The notes below the pieces were generated by a model, which ran no database searches, was not told the origin of the DNA, and saw only the letters and a program-made list of their open reading frames with translations. Of a stretch of 64,000 bases of DNA, positions 24,030 through 37,069 are shown in pieces; position 1 is the first letter of the stretch; each line of letters begins with the position of its first letter. A program made the translations under genes and the position numbers. Source of the stretch: Mytilus californianus. Taxonomy: Eukaryota. The stretch is from NCBI RefSeq assembly GCF_021869535.1, contig NW_026262582.1:5394001-5458000 (forward strand). Reading direction: 5' to 3'.

Positions 24030-25090
24030 ATGGAAAAATTACTGCTAACCTACAAATTATCCTGAATAATAAGACAATTCACTTTATCCAGCTTTTCATT
24101 TGAAATTTTTTTGGAATACATAACACAGTTGTGACATAATTCGTCTGTCCAAAGAGATTAACAAGAAATATATAGTTTAAATTTTTTAGCTGTTAATTTG
24201 CATTAAGAATAGTACATATTTGGACATATTACTGCTAACCTACTAATTATCCTGAATAATAAGACAATAGACCACTTTTGAGTTATGTCCTTCACCGGAA
24301 AAGTTTGTCAATTATGCGCGCCTTTATGACGTCATTTACTAGAAAGAGGGGATCGCCTATATCCCCGCATTAAGTTCATCAAGCGTCTTCGTGATCGTCA
24401 TTATGCAGGCTAATGTAGAAATATTGTTTTTTCCGTATGTACTTAATCACAATTCCCTAATGACAGCAATGCTGATTATCAATTATAAGAATTTAATTTG
24501 CCGAATAATTCGTGCAATATAGCATCATATGTTTTAACCGCTTTCTCAACATAGAAAGGAAGTGATGATGCCTCTAAATGCATAAATGATGTTCACTAAA
24601 ATCAAAGTTTTTGACGGAAATGCAATCAACTCGAAAGTGGTCTACTGACTTTTTCAAGTAGTTAAGGAAAAGATAATATAGTTGTGACATAATGTGTCTG
24701 TCCAGGGAGATAAGCAAAAAAGATATAGTATAAGCCATTTAGCCTTTACATTGCGTTCAGTCTTCATACTTGGACAAATTACTGCTAACCTTCTAGTAAT
24801 CCTGAATCAAAAACAAATGACTGTATCTAGCGTTTCACTTACAGTAATAACGGAAACCATATCATAGTTGTGACATCATTTGTCTATCCAGAGAGATTAG
24901 GTAAATATATTTAGTATATTGTATTTAGCCGTTAAATTGCATTCAATCTTCTAATTTGGACACATTGCTGCTTACTCACCAATTATCCTGACTAATAAGA
25001 CAATTGACTTTATCTAGCTTTGTACTTACTGTAGTTTGGGGAAACATAATACAGTTGTGACATAATTTGTCTTTCCAGAGGGATAAACAA
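24030..25090. repeat. Diverged ~190-bp tandem repeat, ~4 copies, second copy interrupted
   Basis: TTACTGCTAACC...ATCCTGAAT...AGTTGTGACAT...TGTC motifs recur near 24039, 24229, 24779 and 24966. Confidence 0.8.
24268..24644. mobile_element. 377-bp TIR element (TAG...CTA termini)
   Basis: TAGACCACTTTTGAGTT versus AACTCGAAAGTGGTCTA, 16/17 inverted match; absent from the sibling monomers. Confidence 0.85.
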
Positions 25091-25760
25091 AATCTGTTTA
25101 AAATCAAATGAATGTCACCTCTTTATATAGCCAATACAAACTAATTTATTTTTTTCATTAATACGTTAAGTATGTCAGATAAGCTATTTAAGCAATTGTC
25201 ATGTTTTAATGAGCTACAGATTGAATCCAGCCATTGACACCGGAAGAGGTTAAAATAAATATATACATAAAACAACTCCTTTGACACGACATAATAACAT
25301 TAACTTTAAGTTAAAGGAGACTCTTGAGAGCGTAACCAAACGAGATAAATTAACAGAAGATGTTTGTTTTTTAATTGATATTTACCTAGTTACGGTCTAA
25401 TAGGAACTCAAGAAGTGACACAAAAAGAACAAATTATTTTATAAGTCTTTACTTTTATTTAGAGACAAAACTCTTCATGGTGTAAGTCGGTATTTTCACA
25501 GTACTTGCATTCACTTACTTTCATTTGGTTTGAAACTGATATCACTGTGATACCAACTAAAAATTGAGATGTTGTAGGATTGCCAATAAGACAAGTATCC
25601 AACAGTTTGGCTTTCATGAATGAGCAAAACTCATACCGGAAAGTAAGATATAATATACCCGACATAACAAAATGTAAGAAAATCGAAACTAGAAAATAAA
25701 TAGTCTAATTTATGCTAAAACGATAAATGAAAACCATACGGCAACCATGCCACATCATTC

Positions 25761-25761
<1 letters not shown>

Positions 25762-25803
<42 letters not shown>
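25762..25803. repeat. (TC)n microsatellite
   Basis: About 21 TC units. Confidence 0.98.
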
Positions 25804-25810
<7 letters not shown>

Positions 25811-26174
25811 TATTTAATTTCCCGAATATGCTGCAACACTTCTAATTGCGATATGTTTTATCGACTTGTGGTGTCAAAGATTCTGCAATGCATGTAAGGA
25901 ATTTAATTAAAAGTCGATTTATAAAATAATAGGTCATAGTTGATGACAATTCACCTCTCGAATGGATAGATTCATTTAAAGATAATGATTTTAAAACTAG
26001 AATTAAAATTATGTCCTCTTTAATCAAAGCAATTAGCACAACTCTCTCGAAGCTAAATAACATGTTTGTGTTTGTTACTTCCTCATTCGTTACATTAATT
26101 TATATGAGATTAATTGGACAATTTCAGAATCTATCATTAAATCTTTTGTAATTAGGTTGTTATAGCTTAGCACG

Positions 26175-26375
26175 AAAAAAGAGGCGAAAGATATCAAAGG
26201 GATATATTCAAACTCATATGTCGAAAACAAGCTGACAAATGCATGGCGAATAACTGTCAAAAGACAAATAACAGTGTACAAAATACAACCTAGAAAACTA
26301 AAGACTGAGCAACACGAATCTAACAAAAACCGAGGAGGATCGCAGGTGCTCCGAAAGGGTAGACAGATCCTGCTC
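26175..26375 (-). repeat. Family B copy
   Basis: Matches 14276-14485; the ORF 26090-26410 overlaps it. Confidence 0.8.
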
Positions 26376-27209
26376 AAGTTTATAAATAAAATGAACCAAA
26401 TGCTATTCATTTCCGTTCATCTTCAAAGTTCGACATAATTGCTTTGTATGTATGTTTCTATATGTTTTACCTGTAATAAGATGATTACTTTATTCTGTAC
26501 ATCCTTCATTTCTGAAATCAGTAATTCTTTTATTTTCAATAGTTATTCTCAACTCTTTTGCACCTCTTTATTCTCTATTATTTATTTTTATATTTTGCTT
26601 ATTTTTGTTATTCACTATTTTATTTGGCTATTATGCTCTATTCTGTAAACGCCTTCTACATGAAAGACACAGTAAGATTGAAGTGCGTACATATACAAAG
26701 CAATCATGTCGTACTTTAAACATGAAAGGACATGATTAGCATTTGGTTCATTTTATTAAGAAGTGGAGCCGGATCTGCTTACCCCTCCGTAGCATCTAAG
26801 ATCACCTTCAGTTTTTGATAAGATTCATTTACTTGAGAATTTAACAGAATAATCGTTGTTTTGAAAGATAAAGGCAAATTCATTAAAAATTTAAGAATAC
26901 AAAATTTAAGGACCCCCATTCATACCCTCATATAGAAATTTATATAGATATTTTTTTTTAAATTCAAAATGTATGTTCCAAGGGAAGGTAATTCTATCCA
27001 TTCTTATACACACCAGATATTTTCTTATACACACCAGATATTTTTTATCTTTAACATGTCTTTTAAGTTAAGATATACAAACGATTGTTTATTAAAAATC
27101 GATGATATATACTTGTCTTGACAATACAATAACTGTTCATAATAATGATAATCTATATGTCTATAAGGATCCGATTGATTCTGAAAATTCATTTTGTGTA
27201 TAAATAACA

Positions 27210-27485
27210 AAATGGTAAAAGATCCCAAGGGACAATAAAAAATCCATTATTCAATACAAAAATCAACGGAATAGAACGCAGAATGGGGGTAATGTAAGAT
27301 TCTTGTAAACAAAGTTTGAATATAACAGATAAAAAAGAGAAGTCTAATAAAACCAGACAGCACCATGACCAAAAAGTAAAATGACAATAAGTGAAACAAC
27401 CTTCTGAAGCATTATAAATATTTCTGAAGATTAAGCAACAAGATCCCATACAAAACAGGGATCGAACTCGTGTGCTCTCGACGGA
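27210..27485 (-). repeat. Degenerate family B copy
   Basis: AAGATCCCAAGGG...TTAAGCAACAAGATCCCATACAAAACAGGG...GTGCTC. Confidence 0.55.
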
Positions 27486-28089
27486 TCACCCGTTCTGTTC
27501 AAGGAGAGAAAATTGTTTTTCTAATTTTCTATGTTTAAAAATAGTCGAATAAGATTTCTGTTCATAATTCGTTTCTGTTTTCATCGCAAATAAACTATTT
27601 CTTACAGATTTTAGTTTAATTGAACTGTGCATTGCTTTCAGGTCGGTTAACGCAATGCATTTCAATAATAAATCCGCAATTGAACGGAAGCCATTGTTCA
27701 TGACCGATTGAAAAAAAATACTCCATTAGATTTGACCATCAAGTGGGGAAAACAATTGTTTTAACAGTCACGTGAAATAAAATCTGTAATTAAAATTTTG
27801 GTTATTTCAAAGTTTCAATGTTATCTCTGCAATGTGATCAACTCCGCATTAATCATTTAGTATTTTCGAAGTCAAAACTGTATTTTCTTTTTTCAATGGA
27901 AATTCAATCAATTAAATGTATAAGTATTTTTATAATTTATGATTTTAGGATACTGTTTTTATACGTCTTCATTGTATTCAATTTAATGTTCTTCCCTAGA
28001 GATTAAACAATTAAAGTTCCAAACTAAACCCCGTTGTTTGGTCGATGAAGCGCTGGTTATATTTTAAAGGTATAATGATAATACTGAAT

Positions 28090-28535
28090 TATTGAATGTT
28101 TATTTTGAATTGTCAATTTAATGGAATTCAATGCGACTGGCATTCAAGTGAGAGGTGTAGCTAGCTATAAAATCAGTATTAAATAATCCACCATTTTCTA
28201 CACAAGGAAATGCCTGTACCGAGTCAGGAATATGACAGTTGTTTTCCATTCCTTTGATGTGTTTGAGCTTTTGAATTTGCCATTCTTAAGGGACTTTCGT
28301 GGTTGTCGTTGGTTGATGCCTTTTTTTTTGATAATTGTTTTGTCCATAAATTAGACCGATGGTTTTTCCGTTTAAATTGTTTAAATTGTTTCACTTTCTA
28401 TCATTTTAATAGCAGTCTTCACGGTATGGATTTTGATCATTGTTGGAGGCAATACGGGGACCTATAGTTGCCTACATCCACGTTAGTTGACTCTGGTGAA
28501 TTAGTTTTCTCATTGACAAATATATCCAATCTGTC
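28090..28535 (-). repeat. Abutting family D (28090-28305) and family A (28310-28535) fragments
   Basis: Homology to 17500-17700 and to 33850-34125 respectively. Confidence 0.7.
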
Positions 28536-29459
28536 ATTTTTATATTTAGGGGGAAACGTCAAAGATACGGAAACGGAAAAGAAACGAATACGTATTGGCC
28601 GTTGTGTATGTATAAATAAATATTGAGTCATATCAGGTCTACTTATGGATGATAATCAAAAACAAACTGCATTTGAAATAATTCAAACCCCGCTGTGGAT
28701 GCTAATAACATAATATGTATACGCAAAACGTTTCTGTACATAATTATCAAGACGTATAATATCCTTTAAAGGTCTGCTGGAGGGTTGTCTGTCTCATTGG
28801 CAATCATACCATATCTTCCTTATATTTACAGCAATCAACCCGTAAATTTGTGTAAAAAATACAGACTAGGCTAGACTATAAGTTTACGCTTGAACCAAAT
28901 GTCCGCAGGTGTGGCAAATTCACAAGTTTCTTGTTTCCCAGGGAACATAAAAGAGACTATCTTATACGGTTTACGTGTTAAGTTAACAGCCCAAGCGATA
29001 GTCCATGTTTGGAATCTTATAAAATGTGAACTATCACTGAAACGACTTATTCAATAATTATACCATAGCAAAAAAAAAAAAAAAAACGGAAAAGGAAAAA
29101 AAAACGACGTAGACACCAACAACAGTTTACTAAACATATCCAACAATAGGCTGATAAATGGTGTTTTACTCTTGATTTCCCATGTGAACCGTTTATATTA
29201 CTCCAACTGTTATTTGAAAACAATTATCTGATGAATAAAAGAAGGTCTGGATTGGGGGTTCCTTCGTTTTTTTAACTTTTTTGACCATTTTCCTCGATTC
29301 TTTATTTATTTTAACCATTATTTTTCAGCTCTCTTCAATTCCCTATTTTTCATTTTTTTTTTAGCCTGTTTTTCTCTATTCTTCGTATTTTTTGCCCTTT
29401 ATTCTGCATTTTTTCCCCATTATTCTCTTTTCTGGAAACTTCGTCCAAACTCTCATAAA

Positions 29460-30410
29460 ATAGTGATGTTATAACACACATAAATAACAACTGCAATTAA
29501 CTCGCTTTAAATGTTGTATACATGTCACATTGGAGTTGGGAATTGAAATGTCAGTAAGTCAACAAGTTTAGGACAATTGAGGAATCTTATCCTTTGTTAG
29601 TAGTTGTAAAAACTGTTGATTATTGTAGCGTTTCCAATAACAACATAGGGTACTATAATTCAGATATCTGCTGATTGATAATTAAATTTTTTGCAGATAT
29701 TTGAACTTTCTTTTACAGTATGAACATCTGCTTATAGATAAATTAACAGTTTGGTTTTATATGTATTTTCCTTATGAATCGTATATATTACTTCTAGTGT
29801 CATGAGGAAAGGGTTACGTCATAGATTTAATACCGATGTTATAAAACCAAATTAAAAAAAAAATACATCAGTCTACAATTAATTCGCTTTTAATGTTGCA
29901 TACATGCCACATTGTATTTTGGAATTGTCAGTATCTGATCAAAATGTTCATGAAACTTGAGAAACCTTTCCCTCATTATTGGTTATAGAATTGTTAGTTA
30001 TTGTTGCGTTTCCAATAACAACACTTTGTACTGTTCATATATTTGCTGCTTGATTATTCAATGTTTTGCAGATATTTGAAATTTCTTATGCAGTACGAAC
30101 ATATGATTATAGATGAAAATGTTCAAATCCATATTCTGGTTTTACATTATTTCCCCTATGAATCGTATATATTACTTCTAGTGTCAGAAGGAAATTGTTA
30201 CTTTATAGATTTAATACCGATGTTATGAAACCAAATTAAAAAAAAAAAATTCATTTGCAATCAACACGTTTTTAATGTTGTATACATGTCACATGATTTT
30301 TGGGAATTTAAATGTCAGTATCTGATCAATTCTTATCCCTAGTAAGTGGTTGTAAAGCTCTTGGTTAATGTTGTGTTTCTAATAACAACATTGTGTACAT
30401 GTACTTTTAA
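29460..30410. repeat. ~375-bp diverged tandem repeat, 2.5 copies
   Basis: GATGTTAT at 29465, 29836 and 30220, each followed by TTTTAATGTTGYATACATGYCACAT; identical GAATCGTATATATTACTTCTAGTGTCA in units 1 and 2. Confidence 0.85.
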
Positions 30411-30540
30411 TTCATAATCGAGCTACCGATACACATTATTCTATAAACCCAAGCAATACCCGTCAGATGAGTAAAAGTTTTTTTTTATCGATGAATACCA
30501 AACGAAAAAGGTGTAAATCATATCCTTAATGAAGAATTTA

Positions 30541-33320
30541 ATGTTAATGGCAGCACCTTTGATGATATGATGTTAATGGCAGCACCTTTGATCATTGGAT
30601 GTTAATGGCAGCACCTTTGATCATTGGATGTTAATGGCAGCACCTTTGATTATTGGATGTTAATGGCAGCACCTTTGATTATTTTATGTTAATGGCAGCA
30701 CCATTGATTATTTGATGTTAATGGCAGCACCTTTGATTTTTTGATGTTAATGGCAGCACCTTTGATCATTGGATGTTAATGGCAGCACCTTTGATCATTG
30801 GATGTTAATGGCAGCATCTTTGATTATTGGATGTTAATGGCAGCACCTTTGATTATTGGATGTTAATGGCAGCACCTTTGATCATTAAATGTTAATTGCA
30901 GCACCTTTGATTATTGGATGTTAATGGCAGCACCTTTGATTATTTGATGTTAATGGCAGCATCTTTGATAATTGAATGTTAATGGCAGCACCTTTGATCA
31001 TTGGAAGTTAATGACAGCATGTTTGAATATTTGATGTTAATGGCAGCACCTTTGCTTATTGGATGTTAATAACAGCACCTTTGATAAGTTGATGTTACTG
31101 GCAGCACATTTGATCATTGGATGTTAATGGCAGCATCTTTGATTATTTTATATTAATAGCAGCACCTTTGATTATTTGATGTTAATGGCAGCACCTTTGA
31201 TTATTTGATGTTAATGGCAGCACCTTTGATCATTAGATGTTAATGGCAGCACCTTTGATTATTTTATGTTAATGGCAGCACCTTTGATTATTTGATGTTA
31301 ATGGCAGCACCTTTGATTATTTGATGTTAATGGCAGCACCTTCGATTATTGGATGCTAATAGCAGCACCTTTGATCATTGGATGTTAATGACAGCATGTT
31401 TGATTATTTGATGTTAATGGCAGCACCTTTGATTATTGGATATTAATGGCAGCACCTTTGATCATTAAATGTTAATGGCAGCACCTTTGATTATTGGATG
31501 TTAATGGCAGCACCTTTGATTATTTGATGTTAATGGCAGTATCTTTGATAATTGAATGTTAATCGCAGCACCTTTGATCATTGGGTGTTAATGACAGCAT
31601 ATTTGATTATTTGATGTTAATGGCAGCACCTTTGATTATTTTATGTTAATGGCAGCACCATTGATTATTTGATGTTAATGGCAGCACCTTTGATTTTTTG
31701 ATGTTAATGGCAGCACCTTTGATCATTGGATGTTAATGGCAGCACCTTTGATCATTGGATGTTAATGGCAGCATCTTTGATTATTGGATGTTAATGGCAG
31801 CACCTTTGATTATTGGATGTTAATGGCAGCACCTTTGATTATTGGATGTTAATGGCAGCACCTTTGATTATTTTATGTTAATGGCAGCACCATTGATTAT
31901 TTGATGTTAATGGCAGCACCTTTGATTTTTTGATGTTAATGGCAGCACCTTTGATCATTGGATGTTAATGGCAGCACCTTTGATCATTGGATGTTAATGG
32001 CAGCATCTTTGATTATTGGATGTTAATGGCAGCACCTTTGATTATTGGATGTTAATGGCAGCACCTTTGATCATTAAATGTTAATTGCAGCACCTTTGAT
32101 TATTGGATGTTAATGGCAGCACCTTTGATTATTTGATGTTAATGGCAGCATCTTTGATAATTGAATGTTAATGGCAGCACCTTTGATCATTGGAAGTTAA
32201 TGACAGCATGTTTGAATATTTGATGTTAATGGCAGCACCTTTGCTTATTGGATGTTAATAACAGCACCTTTGATAAGTTGATGTTACTGGCAGCACATTT
32301 GATCATTGGATGTTAATGGCAGCATCTTTGATTATTTTATATTAATAGCAGCACCTTTGATTATTTGATGTTAATGGCAGCACCTTTGATTATTTGATGT
32401 TAATGGCAGCACCTTTGATCATTAGATGTTAATGGCAGCACCTTTGATTATTTTATGTTAATGGCAGCACCTTTGATTATTTGATGTTAATGGCAGCACC
32501 TTTGATTATTTGATGTTAATGGCAGCACCTTCGATTATTGGATGCTAATAGCAGCACCTTTGATCATTGGATGTTAATGACAGCATGTTTGATTATTTGA
32601 TGTTAATGGCAGCACCTTTGATTATTGGATATTAATGGCAGCACCTTTGATCATTAAATGTTAATGGCAGCACCTTTGATTATTGGATGTTAATGGCAGC
32701 ACCTTTGATTATTTGATGTTAATGGCAGTATCTTTGATAATTGAATGTTAATCGCAGCACCTTTGATCATTGGGTGTTAATGACAGCATATTTGATTATT
32801 TGATGTTAATGGCAGTACCTTTGATCATTGGATGTTAATGACAGCACCTTTGATTATTGGATGTTAATGGCAGCACCTTTGATTATTTGATGTTAATGGC
32901 AGCATCTTTGATAATTGAATGTTAATGACAGCACCTTTGATCATTGGATGTTAATGACAGCATGTTTGATTATTTGATGTTAATGGCAGCACCTTTGCTT
33001 ATTGGATGTTAATAACAGCACCTTTGATAAGTTGATGTTAATGGCAGCACATTTGATTATTGGATGTTAATGGCAGCACCTTTGATTAGTTGATGTTAAT
33101 GGCAGCCCCTTTGATTATTGGATGTTAATGGCAGCACCTTTGATCATTAAATGTTAATGGCAGCACCTTTGATTATTGGATGTTAATGGCAGCACCTTTG
33201 ATTATTTGATGTTAATGGCAGCACCTTTGATTAGTTGATGTTAATGGCAGCACCTTTGATTATTGGATGTTAATAGCAGCACCTTTGATTATTTGATGTT
33301 ATTGGCAGCACCTTTGATTG
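30541..33320. repeat. 29-bp satellite, ~96 copies
   Basis: Unit GTTAATGGCAGCACCTTTGAT(T/C)ATT(G/T)GAT; period 29 (30601 to 30630). Confidence 0.98.
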
Positions 33321-33808
33321 TTTCTGTTTTTTTTTATATTCACAACTTTCATCACTTCATATTAATGAATATCGGTAATGCAGAGGCAACATGCAATCCA
33401 GATCAAACTCTGCTGTACCCTACTGAAAAATGCATATTGTTGCGTTGTCAACCGGAAACGTAGACATAAATCTGCTGTACACGATAGCATACATATTTGT
33501 CGTAGTGATTGTCGGTAACAGAATGTGTTTATAGACTCAGAATGATTTAGAACTTGATATATTGTAGACACTGGTGTATTATTGAAGAATCCATGGCTCT
33601 TTAGATGCTGTTTGGTTATTTTTATCGTTAGGTTCTGTATTAGTGATGTTATTCATAGTCTTTTTCGTTAGGCATATTTTGATACTCTTGACTGCATAGG
33701 CCTAATAGTACTATACATTTTATATATTTGTTATAGATAGATTTAATTATCGACAAAATTGTTTTACTTTATTACATTAAAAAAAATATCTAATTAGAAT
33801 ATAAAAAA

Positions 33809-34125
33809 AACATGTTTTAACCCCGTCACATTCTTTATGTGTCTGTCCCAAGTCAGGAGCCTGTAGTTCGGTGGTTGTCGTTGGTTCTTGTCTGTCATTT
33901 TTTTTTTTCGTTAATTATTTCGTTATAAATTAGGCCGTTAGTTTTCTCAATTGAATTGTTTCATATATCATGTCGGAGCTTTTATAGCCGACTATACGGT
34001 ATGGGTTTTTCTCATTGTTGAAGGCCGTACGGTCGCCTATAATTGCTTAAATCCACTTTATTTGAACCGTGGTTTCATTGGATAATTGTCTCATTGGCAA
34101 TCATACCTCATCTCTTTATTTTTAT
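33809..34125 (-). repeat. Well-conserved family A copy
   Basis: CCCAAGTCAGGAGCCTG...CTCATTGTTGAAGGCCGTACGGT...CTCATTGGCAATCATACC. Confidence 0.85.
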
Positions 34126-37069
34126 TTTCACATCTATTCGATTATTCTTTATTAACGTCTAAATGTCTGCTTATCAATAAGTTTCAATATTTCAAGATTG
34201 AAGGATGATCTTCCAATTTGTACTCCAACTCTTAAACATATATATCTATATACATATAATATCCTGAGGTAGTTAGCCATATCTATTAACTGTAACACTT
34301 ATGGTTTAAAAGTAGGATAACACGTAAGTTATTTATTCAAACTACACTCAACAACAAAAGAGAGTTAAAGTAGAAATTCCTGTAGCTGGTACATTTTTTT
34401 TAATTTCAATTGATAAAGAGTAAAAATTTTGACACAACCGTTTTAAACAAAGTCAAAAACACAAAGTTTTGTAACGATGAGAATATTTTTATTTCAATTT
34501 TTAAACAAAAGAAAAAGACTTTTGATTTTTTACTTTTGTGGTCGAAATTTTCATTGTCACCATTAAAACGAAAATTTCTCTGTAAACTCTGCATTATATA
34601 ACTGCAAGGTCATGCTTAATATATACTAGATTGCTACACATTTTTATCAAAAACAAGAAATTGTGAAACTACTATGCTTGGTGGGATGTGGTGCGTTATT
34701 TAAGTTGTTTAGTATATATATATAGTATGTATAAATCTTTTGTCGGTACAATGTAAATGTATTTATCACACACAGTATATATATATAACATCCTGTAACA
34801 TTACAATGTAAGTATTGTTCACATTTATTCGCGTTTTATCTTAACCTATTGTTTTAGAAAATGATAATCACAAAGACAAAAAAAGTATTTTCCGTGTTTT
34901 GCTATATTACAAATGCATATCATTATTACTTCTAGACATGCCCAGTATCAAAACAGCTTGATTTATGAAAAACAAGAACGAACAACAGATAAAACAGACA
35001 GCAACCGAATACAACAACTGAATTACAGGCTCCTCCTAACTTGGGACAGGCCCACTCAAAATATGGTAGGCTTTAAATGTTTGTGAGAGGTCGACAACTG
35101 TATCAATTATCCTTTTTTTTTGTGAACCTGTAATTTTGTTATCTATTATCCGGTTACATACGGTTTTGTCATGTTTGAGTCTTTCACACTAACTGTTACA
35201 TGTAGGTATAGCTATTAATTGTTTGGCGGGAAATGCATAGCATGAGTGGTTTGTCTCATGGTCTCACTTCTTTCGAAGTTTGTCTGGTTCCAATTAGTTA
35301 TTTTACTCTCACGTTTTTGTTTCTGTTTTAACTAAGGACATATGACACATTTACTGTTAATCGGTAAACTTTCTTTATAATTAAATTTCTATCTTTAAGC
35401 CCTAAAGAGAACAAGTAATAGCTTTTTTCTAAAAAGCTAGTCGTCTCATAGCTGATGAAAGTGGAAAATGTTTTCGCTTTGTAGTTTGATTCACTCAGAA
35501 TAGCCTTGTATATAAATTGTAGTTGATTACAAAAATTATAAAAGGTTAATACAACTTTTTAGATTTACCAATTTCTTTTGTGATGAGTGAGAGGTGATGG
35601 CTTAATCATCTGCGTTTGTACCTTTTTATCGATCATCTTTTTTTCAAACAGATATGTTTTTCGTTTACTTTTTATTTGGTTGTTTGTTTATTTCTTTGTG
35701 TTAGAAAAGTATGGCCTCTTCCACCTGAATGTTTTTCATTCATAATAGGCATCAAAAAGTGTAGAGTGAAACGTAGTAAAATTTAAACATATAAGAACAC
35801 ACATAATATATTTCCATTGGTTTCACACAACTTTTCAAAATGATCCTTAAAATGTAAAGCTTTACATATGTATGGTTATTTTTTGTTGTTGTTATCTATT
35901 CATTGTAGCTAGACTGCAAAAGAATGCACCATGCCTCTTTTTCTATATTTGAAAAATGAATATCCTTGCCTTTTGGGATTATTTGGTTTCATTGGACCTC
36001 TTGAATATACTTTTTTGAGAAAAAATACTCAAAAGGATATTTTTTTATATAAGATCTATTGTAAGCGCTTGAAATTCAAAACATAGTAGTTTCGCCATTC
36101 TTTTTCAAATTATAATAATGTCATTGGTTATAAAGAAGATGATAAGTTCTGCAATGCTATTTTAGATTTCACTATGAGACCATCAACAAAATAGAATCAA
36201 CCAATTTTACCAAAAAGGTAAATAAGCATACAATTTAATACTGTATCGCCTGTTATTGTTTTACTTTTACCTGTCTTCGTATTTGTTTACTATACCATTC
36301 AATGTTTGGTGCGAATAAGGCCCTTGTCGTACTTACCCTCTATAGCTTTACACACTAGATTGACATAATCTTTTGTGGTGTTGACATATGACATAATCTT
36401 TTGTGGTGTTGACATATTATGTATTTTTGTTTTATGATCATAGTATATGTATGTTTATACTTGTTTTACAATTCTCGTAGAAAACAAACAATTAAGAATA
36501 ATCTTTTAAAGAAATGCCAACAGTATTTTCGTCTTTAAAATTTATAAATTTCTTTTATTTCTCTTTCTCTCATATAGCATGTATAGTATAAATAATCAAT
36601 TAACCTCAAAACAAATTTTAGAAGTGTGTTACTGATCCGTTTCATTGTTTTAAGTAATATCTGAATTCATTTTTTGCTAGTAAGATAATTTTTTACATGT
36701 ATATTCACAACTATTCTATATATTATAGGTAGACATGGGAGGATTAAAAGAGGGTGGTATATGTAAGGGGTTATTTTCGTGCAACGTGTTTTGCCATTTT
36801 TTTTTTCGCGTGCAGCCGTGAAAAAGGTTCGTTATTCACCGTGTTTCGGGTAACAATGATAGCTACATGTAAGGGCATACATGTTTTATTGTAAAAAAAT
36901 ATATGATAGCTAGGGTATGTTCTTTTGTTATTTAAAATATATGAAAAGGTTGGTGTATTGGATGTCTCAGCTGCTCACCCCTACCATAAAAAGGTCGAAG
37001 TACCCCCTCCTGTGATAATCGGTCAGGTCAACAGGGAGGAGATTTATACCATTCAACACAACAACTAAA

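Noticed and set aside
33340-33700. Possible paralogous GPCR N-terminus (MNNITNTEPNDKNNQT, minus strand)
   Set aside because: Sequons are present but the frame stops soon after and no TM segment or donor follows.
36360-36420. Short tandem duplications here and at 27001-27050 and 62010-62095
   Set aside because: Ordinary two-copy slippage duplications.
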